A stretch of 63,802 nucleotides of DNA, filler included, from Rhabdomonas costata (taxonomy: Eukaryota): the NCBI GenBank assembly GCA_019059605.1. It is 23 parts of 23 records of this genome, joined end to end, with 100 filler letters (N's around TTAATTAATTAA, not from the genome) between each part and the next. Parts side by side here need not be neighbours in the genome. Positions count along the whole stretch, not along the records: positions 47,236 to 49,911 come from JAHMHO010002385.1; positions 50,012 to 52,699 come from JAHMHO010002386.1; positions 52,800 to 55,475 come from JAHMHO010002387.1; positions 55,576 to 58,250 come from JAHMHO010002388.1; positions 58,351 to 61,025 come from JAHMHO010002389.1; positions 61,126 to 63,802 come from JAHMHO010002390.1; 17 more parts are not named here. One strand, 5' to 3'. Shown here piece by piece: positions 49,721-61,559 of the stretch. The notes under the pieces were generated by a model. The model was not told the origin of the DNA. It saw only the letters and a list, made by a program, of their open reading frames with translations, and did no database searches. Numbering within the stretch: the stretch's first letter is position 1; each line of letters opens with the position of its first letter. Position numbers and translations under genes: made by a program.

Positions 49721-50020
49721 TTTCCCCCTGGCCACTTGAGGCCACATCGGAACAAGTGTTGCTACACCTTGTCATTGAAAGTTGCTACACCTTGTCAGTG
49801 GGTCAGTGGGTCAGTTGTGTCAGGAGTTGGAGTGGGTCCTTGTGTTGACTCTGGGTCTGTCTCACGTTGTTGCTGTGCGCTTCCTGTGTTAACACAAGGA
49901 CCCACCCAACCNNNNNNNNNNNNNNNNNNNNNNNNNNNNNNNNNNNNNNNNNNNNTTAATTAATTAANNNNNNNNNNNNNNNNNNNNNNNNNNNNNNNNN
50001 NNNNNNNNNNNGTGTGGGGG

Positions 50021-50290
50021 GTCAGGGTCAGGGTGATGCCCTTCTCGGCCAGCCGCTTGCCAAGCTCCGCGGCCTGCAGTAGGATGACCTGCTGCAGGTT
50101 GGCCTGTACACAATGACACCAACGGAGGTAATCACAAACCATTTCGTCAACGTGGAACAGCCGAACGAGGATCGCAATATTTTCCATGGGAACCTTTTGT
50201 ATCCCGGCTGAAGTGAATTGAAAACAAAGCGAAGGCCCATCATTGAGGTGGTAACTCCCCTCCGTTGTCACCAGGTCTGAACCGGAAACC

Positions 50291-50336
<46 letters not shown>

Positions 50337-52593
50337 CTGCTTGGCCGAGGCGACACTGGGGACTTCCCCGCACTTGCCGGGAGTCTCTATGCTCTGAGCG
50401 CAAAGCGTTTGCAAACAACAACAAACAATCGATGCAAGCCGGGGCACAGTCCTGTTGTCCTGTTGTGTCACCACATGAGAAACGACGACGCAGGGAAGAA
50501 CTTGGAGAGAAAGGTTGGATCTGTTCGGGCTCAGCGGCGACAGGAAATGCGGAGCCACTGAGGATGGATTCGATGCAGGCCACCAGTTCATGTGGAAAGA
50601 GAAGCAGTGCCAAAAAAGAAATGAAGCGGGTTGTAAGCAAGAGAACTTGAAAAAAAAACCATGAATAAGAATTGCAATAGTTTCCTTGGGAACCTTTCGT
50701 ATCCCGGCTAAGCACGCGTGCTTCGCCCTCTCACAGTAAAACTTATTTCCTCGTGTTCCCTTTATCAGTCAGTCAGTTAAAACTGAGAGGATGCTTAAAC
50801 AACGGTCGGGGAAAAAAGCAAGTAAAGAGCATTATTATCCAACAATAGTGGTGAGGACGGACAGTGGTACCTATCAGTGACTATAGCAGTAATTAAAAAG
50901 CACAACCGCAATCCATCATCTTGCAAACAGAGATGACACCAACAAATCTTTCAAAAAAAATCTTTCACAATCATCAAAACCCTATGAAGCACTCTGCAGC
51001 TCGATACCTTTGGCATGAAGTATAGAAAACTGATGTCCAAACCCTACCACTTACCTCACCGACAAACTACCATTCACCTGCAATGACGAGCATCAACAAT
51101 AGCGAAATAAAAAAGGGGGTACACACGTCGCTGAGCGGCTGGAACAGCACAATCTCGTCAAGGCGGTTCAGGAACTCCGGGCGGAACGCCCCCCGCACCA
51201 CTTGCATCACGGCCTGCCGAGCGAGGGCCTGTGCAGGCGCCCCCTCGGCCGCCGTCATCGCCTCCGCGCCAAGGTTTGAGGTCATGATCAGCACGGTGTT
51301 GCTGAAGTCCACCGTTTTTCCACGGCCGTCGGTCAGCCGGCCCTCATCGAAGACCTGGGCAAACCGTACCACTCAACAGCCTCATGACCACACATACTCT
51401 TGTGGCGGGTCACACGGTGTATCAGCCGAAATCAAACAAAGCATGCACAAAGGTCACAAAATTCTGAAGAATGTCACAGAAGACCCGTGGTGGTGGTGTC
51501 CCCCGTCCAAATAATGAGATATCTTGATCGAGAAAGGTGGGTTATGAAGCAATTGTATGTATGGGAGCTATGTCAGTTGAAGTTTTTAACCTTTATCTTT
51601 AAAGCCACACACACAGAGAGAGTACAACGGCCCGGGCATACACAAGCTCTTGCCGGCACACTCGGCAGTCGCATTCATCCTTAACAGTTCCTCTTATCGC
51701 TATGCCGAGGCCTCCGAAACTGACCAGTCCTCTGGGGCTCTTACTCGATGAAATGTGGTTGGGCAGGGGGGGGGCAAACGCCATCTCATTTCATTGTGCA
51801 GTTCACCTCGTGGTCACTCGTGTTGCCGTGCCGGACCCGACCGGACTGGAGGACCATAAATTGACGATGCAACTTGATCCAGAAAAGCTAGTTGGGCTCT
51901 AATTCGCAGCAATGTTAGTTCCCCCGATTATTGGAGCTTTCGGTTGCGCTGCCTGGAACCTGAAATTGACGCAGAAAAAATTTGTGAGTGTGCGTCTGTG
52001 CACCACCTTGAGGTGGAGAGGCATGTGGCGCCTGTGCAAAGCAGCATCCAATGGACAGGATAGGGGGCGTGCAGGCGAATCCAGACAGCCGAACATAAGC
52101 AAGCAATAATAAGTGCGGCATAGTGTGCATGAAAGAAGGGTGTGGTGCGTCGACGTGGTACTATGACCACGAACGCGTGTTGGTGCAACCCAACTCTCAG
52201 TCCATCGGGAATAGTTCTTCCACAAAAAAAGGACCACTGAACCAAAAGGGCTGTCAGTACCATCAACGGGCTGCAAGATCAGAATCTAGCATCGACCCTT
52301 GACCCAAACACCAAAAGTCCCCATGGAAGTAGCGCTGACCTGCAGGAAGACGTTCCACACTTTGGGGTGGGCCTTCTCCGCCTCATCCAGCAGCACCACG
52401 GAGTACGGCCGCCGCCGCACGGCCTCCGTAAGCTGGCCCCCCTCGTCATGCCCGATGTACCCCGGGGGGGCCCCAATCAGCCGCGCCACGCTGTGCTGCT
52501 CGGAGTACTCCGAGAGGTCCACCCGCACCACACAGCTCTCGGAGTCGAAGAGCTGCTCGGCGAGGGCCTTGGCCAGCTCCGTCTTGCCCACCC
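50021..52593 (-). CDS. clpB: ClpB/Hsp104 family disaggregase, NBD2 exons 52340-52593, 51127-51354, about 50021-50103
   Basis: Walker [89 protein letters not shown] introns show this is a eukaryotic gene. Confidence 0.96.
50293..50333. repeat. (GA)n microsatellite in the ClpB/Hsp104 intron
   Basis: About 20 uninterrupted GA units. Confidence 0.95.
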
Positions 52594-55575
52594 CTATTGC
52601 CGAGAGGGCACCAGAGAACCCAAGGATGACGCACGTTATACAGAGGATGCGTGGGTTATGGTATGCACGTGCACGTGGACATGAGCGTGCATACCACAAN
52701 NNNNNNNNNNNNNNNNNNNNNNNNNNNNNNNNNNNNNNNNNNNTTAATTAATTAANNNNNNNNNNNNNNNNNNNNNNNNNNNNNNNNNNNNNNNNNNNNT
52801 TTTGGTGGGAGACTGAGTGTGTCGCTGACTGAAGGAACACCCAGCAGCAGCACCATGTGCGTGAGATTCAACCTTGGGGGGGATGCGGATCTCCAACATC
52901 GACAATAAAAAAGCAGAGGTTACTTGAAGCCCGAGAAAAATATGTTCATGTATTAGTGTATCACAACATCAAAATATGTATGAGTGTGTCACAACACGGA
53001 TCCCATAGAGTAAAATTTAGGCCATTGCTTGAAGGGGAGCCATATCCCAAGCCAGCTCAAACAGGCAGAACACAGAAACAAACGTCAAATAATCCAACAA
53101 TCCACAGAATTCCAGTCTCGAACCCTAGCTATCCTAGTCTGAGAGAGTGGCGAGGGCAAACTCTTGCTGGCCCCGATTCGGGAGCTGCTACCCTCAGTTG
53201 ACGGTGCAAAGTGCTTTAGGTAGAGGAAACACTGGGAGCTGAGGGGAAAAGAAGAAAAACCTTTCGAGGGACGCCCCGCGTAGAAGGTCGCGGTTTAGTT
53301 TGGCCAGCCCCCGGGCAGAGAGCTGAGCCACCAGGGCCTTGTCTTCCTCACCACAGCGAGACAGGAAAGCAGGAGTCAGCCCGTCCATCCTCACACGACC
53401 ACCACCACCACCAGAGAGAGTTTTGAGTGAGTGTGAGGGTGAGAAAAAACACAAAAGAGAAAAAATCTGAGAAAGGGACTTGCACCGAATTCCGGGAAGC
53501 GAAAAAAGCGTGCAAAAAGCAAAAAGGAAAGAACAAAAGTGGTCGGCTACAAGGAAGGCAAGCGAATAAGAAGCAGCACCACTCCTCTTTGGGGGCCATT
53601 GGGAACCACAGAATCGTCAGGGGGAAGTGCGAGGAATTCCATGACAGCTTTGGCTTCTTGAAGCCAGAGCGTGAGGGAGCTTTTTTTTTAGGGAGATGAA
53701 GATCTCGAAAGGGGCTCTGCATATAACAAACCCCCCGCTGGTGAAAAATTTAAGGAAGGTACTGGTCGCTTAAAAGTCGCTTGAGAATTTTCAGCAGAGA
53801 GCTCACTATCGGAGCTCACTACCTACTGACCGAAAAGCACTGTAAGCGCACCATATTTACGCCCTAAGTCCTCAACAGGGAACCAGCAGCGCAATGACTA
53901 TGTAAACATGAAAAAATCACTTCCCCGGGCTTCTCCATTCTGTTCCTCGACAAAACCAAAAAGGCTTTGAAGAAACGAGAGAACCCTTTGTCAGTTTCAA
54001 ATCACCAAAGAAGTTCACCAACGCGGCGGGCTGTCGTCAGCACAAAAAGGGGCGACAAAGGTCAAATATCATTTTAAAAGCAAAACGTTTTTCACAGGGA
54101 TCGCCCCAACTGGATACGAGGATGGGGGGGGGGGAAGGGGTGCAGCACGGCGGTGTGAGCAAAGCTTGAAGCAATCCAAAGCTTCAGAATACTTGACTCA
54201 CGGCACAAGGTCATTGAATGGTGAGTGGTAGGTGTGAAATGATGAAGCACGCCAGAAAACCTTAAGGACGTAAGAGAGGTTGGGAAGGACCGGGATTTTT
54301 GCGGGTGGTTGCAGTCAGGGCTTGCTCGAGGAAGTGAATTGCGCCAGAAAAAAGTCCGGAAGGCAAGTAGTCAACGTTTATCGACCCAAACCTCCCCGAT
54401 TGCAGATGATCCAACACGAAAGCAGGGGATGGATCGGATCCTAGTTGGGAATATGAAGGGCAGTGTGCGTGTGTGTTGACGCATTGGGCCGGGATATGAC
54501 GACTGGCTCTTTCTGCGGTGCTCTCCTTTCCCGGGGGGTCGGACTGTGACTCTACCTCAAGGGCATGCTGACTCCGCACGGCTTTTACACCGACTCCCCT
54601 GATGGCCCCCGGGCACCCACGTGTGTGTGTGTGCGTGTGCTTGAGAGAGTACGTTGCTTCAAAAAAAGTCGGGAAGTCTGTAATTCTGGTAAAAAAAAAG
54701 AAAAAAGAAAAAAGGAAAAAAGGAATGCAGGGGAACTAAGCATTTAACGTCCATCAGACCCACTCCCCTCCGATTCCAGACGACCACCAACATAAAAGCA
54801 CGAAAAAGGTTGGAAAAATTAAGATGCAAGTTTTCTCCGCTTTAGCCAGAAGAAAAAAAGAGGAACGGCGAACAGCGGGAGCAGCATAAGAGAGGAAAGA
54901 GAGTTTGGTGAGCAGAGAACGACTGACGTATCGGGGGTTGAGAGTGAGAGGGGTGCTAAAGATTTCAATCACTGCACATGCACACGCAGCCAATCTCTCA
55001 CTAAGGCTCGAAAGGCAACAGGGCATGAACTAGCAACCAAATGGCACAAAAAAGAGAGGCAGATGCACCGCCTGAACGGGCTGCGCAAGCGGTGCTGCCA
55101 GAACCACGCAAAGTTCCCAGGAATTCACACACACGAGCAACTGATGAGCGACATCCGCGGAGGTGGGGCATCGAAAACAACAAGAACCCAACCAAAACTA
55201 AATGATCCCCCCCCCTCCTGGACATAGGCACGCAGAGCTGGAGACCAGAGCCCTGGCTGCGTTGGCTGGCTTTCTTTTCACTCCTTCTACAAAAGTGGGA
55301 TTCAAAAGAGCAAAGGTCTATGCAAAAAACCCCCACGTCTCTGCTAGTGGGGCGATCGTGTGGGGGAGGGAAATTATTCCTCTCCCTTCAAAGAATTGAG
55401 GATACGAGAAAAAAAAAGAGGGCCATGTTTGTGTTACAAAGGGTTACAGGTGCATCTCTTGTGGTCCCACAAACANNNNNNNNNNNNNNNNNNNNNNNNN
55501 NNNNNNNNNNNNNNNNNNNTTAATTAATTAANNNNNNNNNNNNNNNNNNNNNNNNNNNNNNNNNNNNNNNNNNNN

Positions 55576-58250
55576 GATGAGGCTGAGTATGACGATAATT
55601 TCCGAGACTCGAATGGAAAGCGTCCAGGGCAGAATGGTTTTGTTCCACCTTTTGGGGCTTGTTCCGGTCTCTCTGTGGATGGGTATGATCAGTTTTTCAG
55701 AGATCGGGACGGTCGGAAGGCGGGGCAGCCTGGATTTCACCCGCCTGGTTCTGGTGGTGTCTCTCTCCCTGGTGGCTTGGACCACAATTTTTTCGATGTG
55801 TGTGGGACGCGCTGCACGGAACCTGGATTCGTTGGGTTTCTTTATGATCAAGATTATGTTGACGTCAACGGAAGACATCCAGGTGAAAAGGGTTTTGTTC
55901 CTCCAAAGGTTGCTCGTCACTCCCAGTCTGAGGGGCACAGCCCGGTTCCGTTGGATGAGAACGAATATGATTTGAACTACCTGGACAAAAACGGGAAACG
56001 ACCTGGAGATTACGGATTTGTCGCTCCCTCTGGTCTCGTTTGCGCAAAGGGTTACGATGAAAAATACGTTGACCCGAATGGACGACACATGGGTGAAGTG
56101 GAATTTGTGCCTCCCTGCTATGGCGATTCCTACACAGACCGAAATGGGAAGCACCCTGGAGAGGCGGGTTTCATTCCTCCGCGGCGGGTTCTTTCGTCTA
56201 GGCCACCCCTTTGTGAGAGTCAGTATGATGACGATTACAGGGATTCTAATGGGAGAAAGGCTGGGGACAGGGGGTTTATTCCTCCAAAGGCTGGCAAGTC
56301 TGCATTATCGATTGGTCAGTCAACACCCGAGCTAGGGTGTGATGATGGGTGGGACGAACACTATGTTGATGCAAAAGGACTTCAGTCAGGCACACCTGGA
56401 TTTTCTCCTCCTTTACCCACGGGGGGACGCAAAGCGATTGCTGTTAGAGGTCCTCCTCCTCCTCCTTCATTGTCCGAAGAGCAAGTTGATATTTCTCATG
56501 ACATTAACGCCGAAGCAGACATGCAGAAAAGGATTTTAGCAAAGCGGCAGCGCATGGGGACTGATGGTCAGGGCTTACGACCCAATCCTGTGGCCTCTGT
56601 CGACGACGATGAAGGCGAGAAGCATCATGTTCCACTTCGCCCTAGCCAATTTAGAAGACCTAATCGGCGCATAATGCCTCGCATGAAGCCAAAAGATGCT
56701 GCAGAGTTAGAGGATGATCGCGAGCAGGAACGTGTTGAAGAGAGGGAGCGGAGACTAGACCACATCCGCCAAAGACATGGTGAATCCTCCATAAAGGCTG
56801 TTCGACACCACCCACAGTCGAAAGCAGCCGCAGAGCAAGAAGTTGACGGGGATGCCGATGTGCGGCTGCTTCCGATACCCCAGCATTCGGCATTGGAAAG
56901 CACCTCAGCTGCTCAGTCGGGTCGAAAGCCGTTGTCGGAAGCGAAGGTAGAATCACGCTCAGGTGATCATGACCGAGTTGGCCACACTGCTCTGGATGAA
57001 GGCGAAAGTCGAAGAGGCCATGTTCGCCACCGTCAGATTCAGAAGCACGTCACTGGCCATTCTGCCCCTTCGGTGGCTGCACCTGCGTTGGATGAAAATG
57101 CAGACAGTTCTTCTGTTCGGCCAGATCCGAATGAAGCAAAGGTTGCATCCAGAGACCGGAAGCGAACATCATCGCACGACCAGAGTTCCGATCGGCAAAT
57201 GGCGGATCAGGCAATTGCCGAAATACAGGCGCATCAAAAGCGTTTGGAAGAGTGGGAGAATAGAGCTGAGCTAGCATTTGATCGAGCTGCCCAGAGAGCG
57301 GTCGAAGCCGCAGAGCAGGTTGCAGAGAGGGTAGTTGAGCGTGCGCTGAAGACATTTGCTCATTCTCGTGTCGCTAAAAAGGTTGACAGTGCAGATGAGC
57401 AGCACTCTGAAAGTCGACCTGCGGCGAGACGTTCTCGCGCTGAGGAGCGCAAGGGTAAGTCTGTACTTTTTGCTGATGCTGCTCCAAATGCTCTCGATGA
57501 GCAGGCAGATGAAGCCGCGCCGGTGGCCGCAGCTCCAGGTCCCGAAGAGGACAGTGACACTCGAAATGTGCCAACTCAAAGAAAAACTCAGATCAAACAC
57601 CGTGTCAAGCAACGATCTGAGTCTTCGGCTGCGGCGCCTGCAATGGCTGAAGTCGCTGAAACAGCTGAAGAAAAGGTGCCTGGTTTTGATCTGCTCGAAC
57701 AATTGAAAGCAGAAAAGGAGGCACTTTCTCAGAAGCATTCTGGAGCAATGTCTTCTTTGCTGCAATCGAAAGCGTCATTTGCTCAGCACGCCCTGTCAGA
57801 ATTCGAAGATGAACGCGACGAGCTGTTTGGTAAAATTTCCGAAGAAATGGAGCTTGAAAAAGCGCGAAAGACAGCAGTCATTGATCAAAAGATCTCCAGC
57901 GCTTTGGAGGCGGTGTCTGACGCAAGTGAGAAGGATCGCTTGATCGCAGCTATACGAGCCGAAAAAGAAGCACTCGAAGCTCAGCTCAACCAAGAACGTG
58001 AAGCTCGGAAGATGGCAGTTGAGCAACGGTTGTTGGAGAAAAAAGCAAAGCTCGAACAGGTTTATGAGCACATGGTTGAGGCTGAGTACGAACTTGAGTC
58101 TCAAACTAAAAGCGATGAGGAGAGCGGCCTGCAGGCTCTCATTGACGAATATCAAGCCAGCATCTCGACCCGTAATGTCTTGGACGAAGAAGCGCTGGCT
58201 ATCCAACAACAGATAATTAAGCGCAAGCTTCAAGAGCGGGAAAAACAAAA
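55576..58250 (+). CDS. Large protein fragment: N-terminal 21-aa repeats, disordered middle, C-terminal coiled coil; open at both ends
   Basis: The frame is open across the whole contig (about 890 codons), starting 33 codons before the listed ORF. The last ~180 aa are E/K/A/L-rich and heptad-like. Confidence 0.9.
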
Positions 58251-60031
58251 NNNNNNNNNNNNNNNNNNNNNNNNNNNNNNNNNNNNNNNNNNNNTTAATT
58301 AATTAANNNNNNNNNNNNNNNNNNNNNNNNNNNNNNNNNNNNNNNNNNNNCTGGTGTCTGAGGTGTGGCGAGGAAGGCACAAAGGCGGGGCGAGTATGCA
58401 TGTGCAGTGTGGTTGATATCATGCACGCTGCATGCGTGTGCATCGGGAAATCCGATACACATACACACATACACACATGCACACACACCATGTCCACGCT
58501 GTCCGGGTTCATTGCTTTAAGCCTTGGGAGGTGCATCGACTCGACATGAAGGCCCACTCCAAACCTGGCAGTCACACCAAAAAGGAATGAAGGCGGCCAC
58601 CTCGCCACAGGAATCCGCCTCTCTACTGCACGGCGTAGACTTGGGACAAAACAAACAAGAAACCTGCCGTTTATTTGAGTTGTCCAGGGCAACAGGATCG
58701 GCGATGCATAAGTACAATGGAAAGAAGCGAAGCATTTTCGTTTGGGCGTGGGTGGGGGGGGGTGGGTGATTGGGATTCCGCAAAGCGCGGCAGAGCCCTG
58801 CTCTTGGATTGGAGCCCTATATTCTTGTCTTGCCGTTGTGATTTGCGATCGTATGGAAAGGATTGGACCGGTTTTTACGTCTGCGGAGGAGGACGTGAAT
58901 TGGCGCTGCTTCACGTCAGGCAAGCGAGTATGGCGGCGGGAATAGGCATAAACGGCACAGTGAGAATGTGATGATGAATGTGATGTGTCCCTGCACCCCA
59001 CTGCTTTCCCCTCACTCCGCAGTGCTGTGTTGTCGTTTCACGCTCAGAGACGCAAGCTCCAAACCCCCAGGTTTTTTTTCGTGCTGATTTGCACAAACTG
59101 CTTCTCCGACAGGGCTGGACCGCTCACTACGGCCAGTAGGAATGCGGGGAATTGCCGACGTCATCACTTTTATGGGTTACCTCTTTTCTTTCCGTGTTTC
59201 TCCCCCTTTTTACTCTCTCTCTCTTCTCCCCCGGGTTTGTGCCTGTCGCGAGAAGGGCTCTGTAGGACGGCGGTGGGTTGGCTTGGACTTTTCCCCTCTC
59301 CACCTCCCTTTTTTGTTGCCCTTTCTTCCACCGAGAAAAAGCCTTCTTTGACATCCTTGGCAACTCTCTGCTTTGGATAGAGCTGTCCAAGTTCAGGTCA
59401 TTATTTCCGAGCTTAACCAATTGACCACCACCAGGATGTGTCCATCGGCAATCCCCTGAAGCGCTCGGACCCTGAGGTTCACCTCAGTTCTGTTGGAAGC
59501 TTTTTTAGCCAGTTCGTAGTATGTGCAGTCGGAATGAATATATGGGTTGAATGCACCCAGTACCCAGTTGAATTAACGACCTTCCCAGCTGTCCCGCTGT
59601 TCTGCTGTCCCGCTGTACCTGGGGCTCACTCAGACTGGTTCGCGTCTGGCTCAGCATCCACGTTTCCATTAATTTGGGCAATCGATTCGATGGGCTCTCT
59701 GTGCCTTCCTCTGCAACCCGCAACGTTTGGGTCTCCTGCAACTGCTCATGTCCTGTCGGTCGCGGGGACCTGCCTTCACCACCCTTTCGGTAGTGTGTAC
59801 CCCGACACAGCCCCAAGAGACTTAAAGGATTCGGGTAAGCTGTAGCCTTCCGGCAAAGCTGTGTCGATTTTTGTGGTGAGCTTGTGGAGGTAGAACGGCG
59901 TAACCCGTCTGGAGGTGTTTTTTTTTACGCAATCCTCTTCATGGGTTTTACCGGAGTTTGTTCTTCTGTTCGATTCTTGTAGTTTTTTTTTGCCTATCTT
60001 TTGCTCAATTGGAGACGTATCCCAGCAAGAA

Positions 60032-61025
60032 ATGGAGCAATCGGGGCTCTCCCTCTCCCCACCCCGCCCCGGCCCCTCTCCAGCGAATCACCCCACTTCG
60101 CTTCCCTGCGATTCTTCACACAAGGATCGCCTCGAAGGGTGTCGTCGGGTCCCTATCCGAGTTCTGCACGTGGCCCTTGCCGTGCTCTCTCTGGTGGCCG
60201 TCGGGGCGATGACTTTCGTCCTCACCCGCGCCGACGCGGAGACGGCGCTTTCCCGCGTGGGCCAGAGCTACCGCAGCTTGGCGTGCACTGTGGTGGAGAA
60301 TGAGGTGGTGAGCTACTTTGGGGTTATCACCGAGGTGACCCGAAAGCTGGCGCTGAACGTTGCCGCTTCGGAGCTCAGCCCAGGTAGAGGCGTGAAGGCA
60401 TTATGTCGGAAGGTGCTATTTGCGGCATGGATTGGAGTACACCCGGAATCTGCGGAGCCCCAGCACACAGAAGCCATACGAGCATGCCGGCATGTCCAGG
60501 CTTTGATGGGTGAAGCCGAATGGGTTTTTTTCCTGAGAATTGGTCAGGAAAGATCAGGTCTGCCACATGTGCTGTTTCGCACCCTCACTGTGATTGGCCA
60601 TACCGCCTGGAAAGATCGTGTTTGAGATAACTTCTTCAGGGCTTCGGGGTCGGGCTTCGGCTTTTTGGAGTGATAGTTACTTACCAACGGCGGTCATGAA
60701 GCGACTAAGACAGTGATGCGGGGTGTTGTCCCACGGGCTTCCTCTCCTCACTCTTTTTAAATGCCCTCGAGATTCATAAATTACGGGTGTGATGCCGTGC
60801 GTAACGCTCTTGTCTGTGTTTCTCATTTAAATGGGGTTCCCTGAAAGTGTCTGCTGCTGTTCGTATACCGCCCATCTCGCTGCGGCCCTCAGCCAAACCA
60901 TCGACCGAAGACGTGCGCAAGGAGCTCGCCTTCACTATGGCCGCCCTGGTGGCCCAAGGCCGCGGCCCCACCAGTACCCTGCTGGGCCTCCCCGATGGGC
61001 AGTTCCTGGGAATCAGCCTGGAGGG
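60032..61025 (+). CDS. N-terminus of a membrane sensor/receptor (TM helix plus Cache-like extracellular region); exons 60032-60383 and 60893-61025
   Basis: ATG at 60032, TM VLHVALAVLSLVAVGAMTFVLT, a long helix ending VENEVVSYF, a phase-1 join, then TLLGLPDGQFLGI. The output domain is not in the contig. Confidence 0.6.
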
Positions 61026-61559
61026 NNNNNNNNNNNNNNNNNNNNNNNNNNNNNNNNNNNNNNNNNNNNTTAATTAATTAANNNNNNNNNNNNNNNNNNN
61101 NNNNNNNNNNNNNNNNNNNNNNNNNGTGTTGGGTGTGGTTGGGGTGTTTGGTAGGGGGGCGAACACTTCAAGCGGAAGCTCCCGCTGAGCTACACACCCC
61201 CAGGAATCCTGACTTGGCGGTTCACACAGAGAAGACAGGCAACCATAACGGCTTCAGAGGTCACTTCGGAATTGGGGAACTATATGCGCGTATGACGAAT
61301 GAGTTGAAGGTGTGCTCATGTATTGCGGAGGTTAGCGGCAAGCTGCACAGAGGAGAAAAACTCGAAGCTGAACACTTTTCAGAGGAAAAAACACACTAAC
61401 TCGGCGATTCTACCACCAAGCTAGGAGGATGGGGACTGCTGTACATGCCAAGACTGGCGCACTCGTGGCTGAGAAAGAAAACCGACGATGGCTTGGGTTG
61501 CAAAGCCCACCAGCCGAGACACGGACACGTGTGTGTGAAGCAGAACAGGAGAAAGCGGC

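Noticed and set aside
49758..49797. 17-bp direct repeat GTTGCTACACCTTGTCA, two copies
   Set aside because: Only two copies with a 6-bp gap, so a local duplication rather than a CRISPR array.
50021..52593. ClpB and histidine kinase fragments read as bacterial contamination or pseudogenes
   Set aside because: The breaks coincide with in-phase GT-AG introns.
52800..55475. Short ORFs in this contig and in contigs 16683-19367 and 36133-38810
   Set aside because: A few exon-like GC-rich patches exist, but I could not build a phase-consistent model or recognise a family. Most listed six-frame ORFs are shadows or intronic.
61126..61151. G/T-rich contig starts and C/A-rich ends read as telomeres of gene-sized chromosomes
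   Set aside because: The sequence is irregular, the polarity is opposite to real telomeres (which are C-rich at the 5' end), genes are cut mid-exon, and it resembles a WGA primer.
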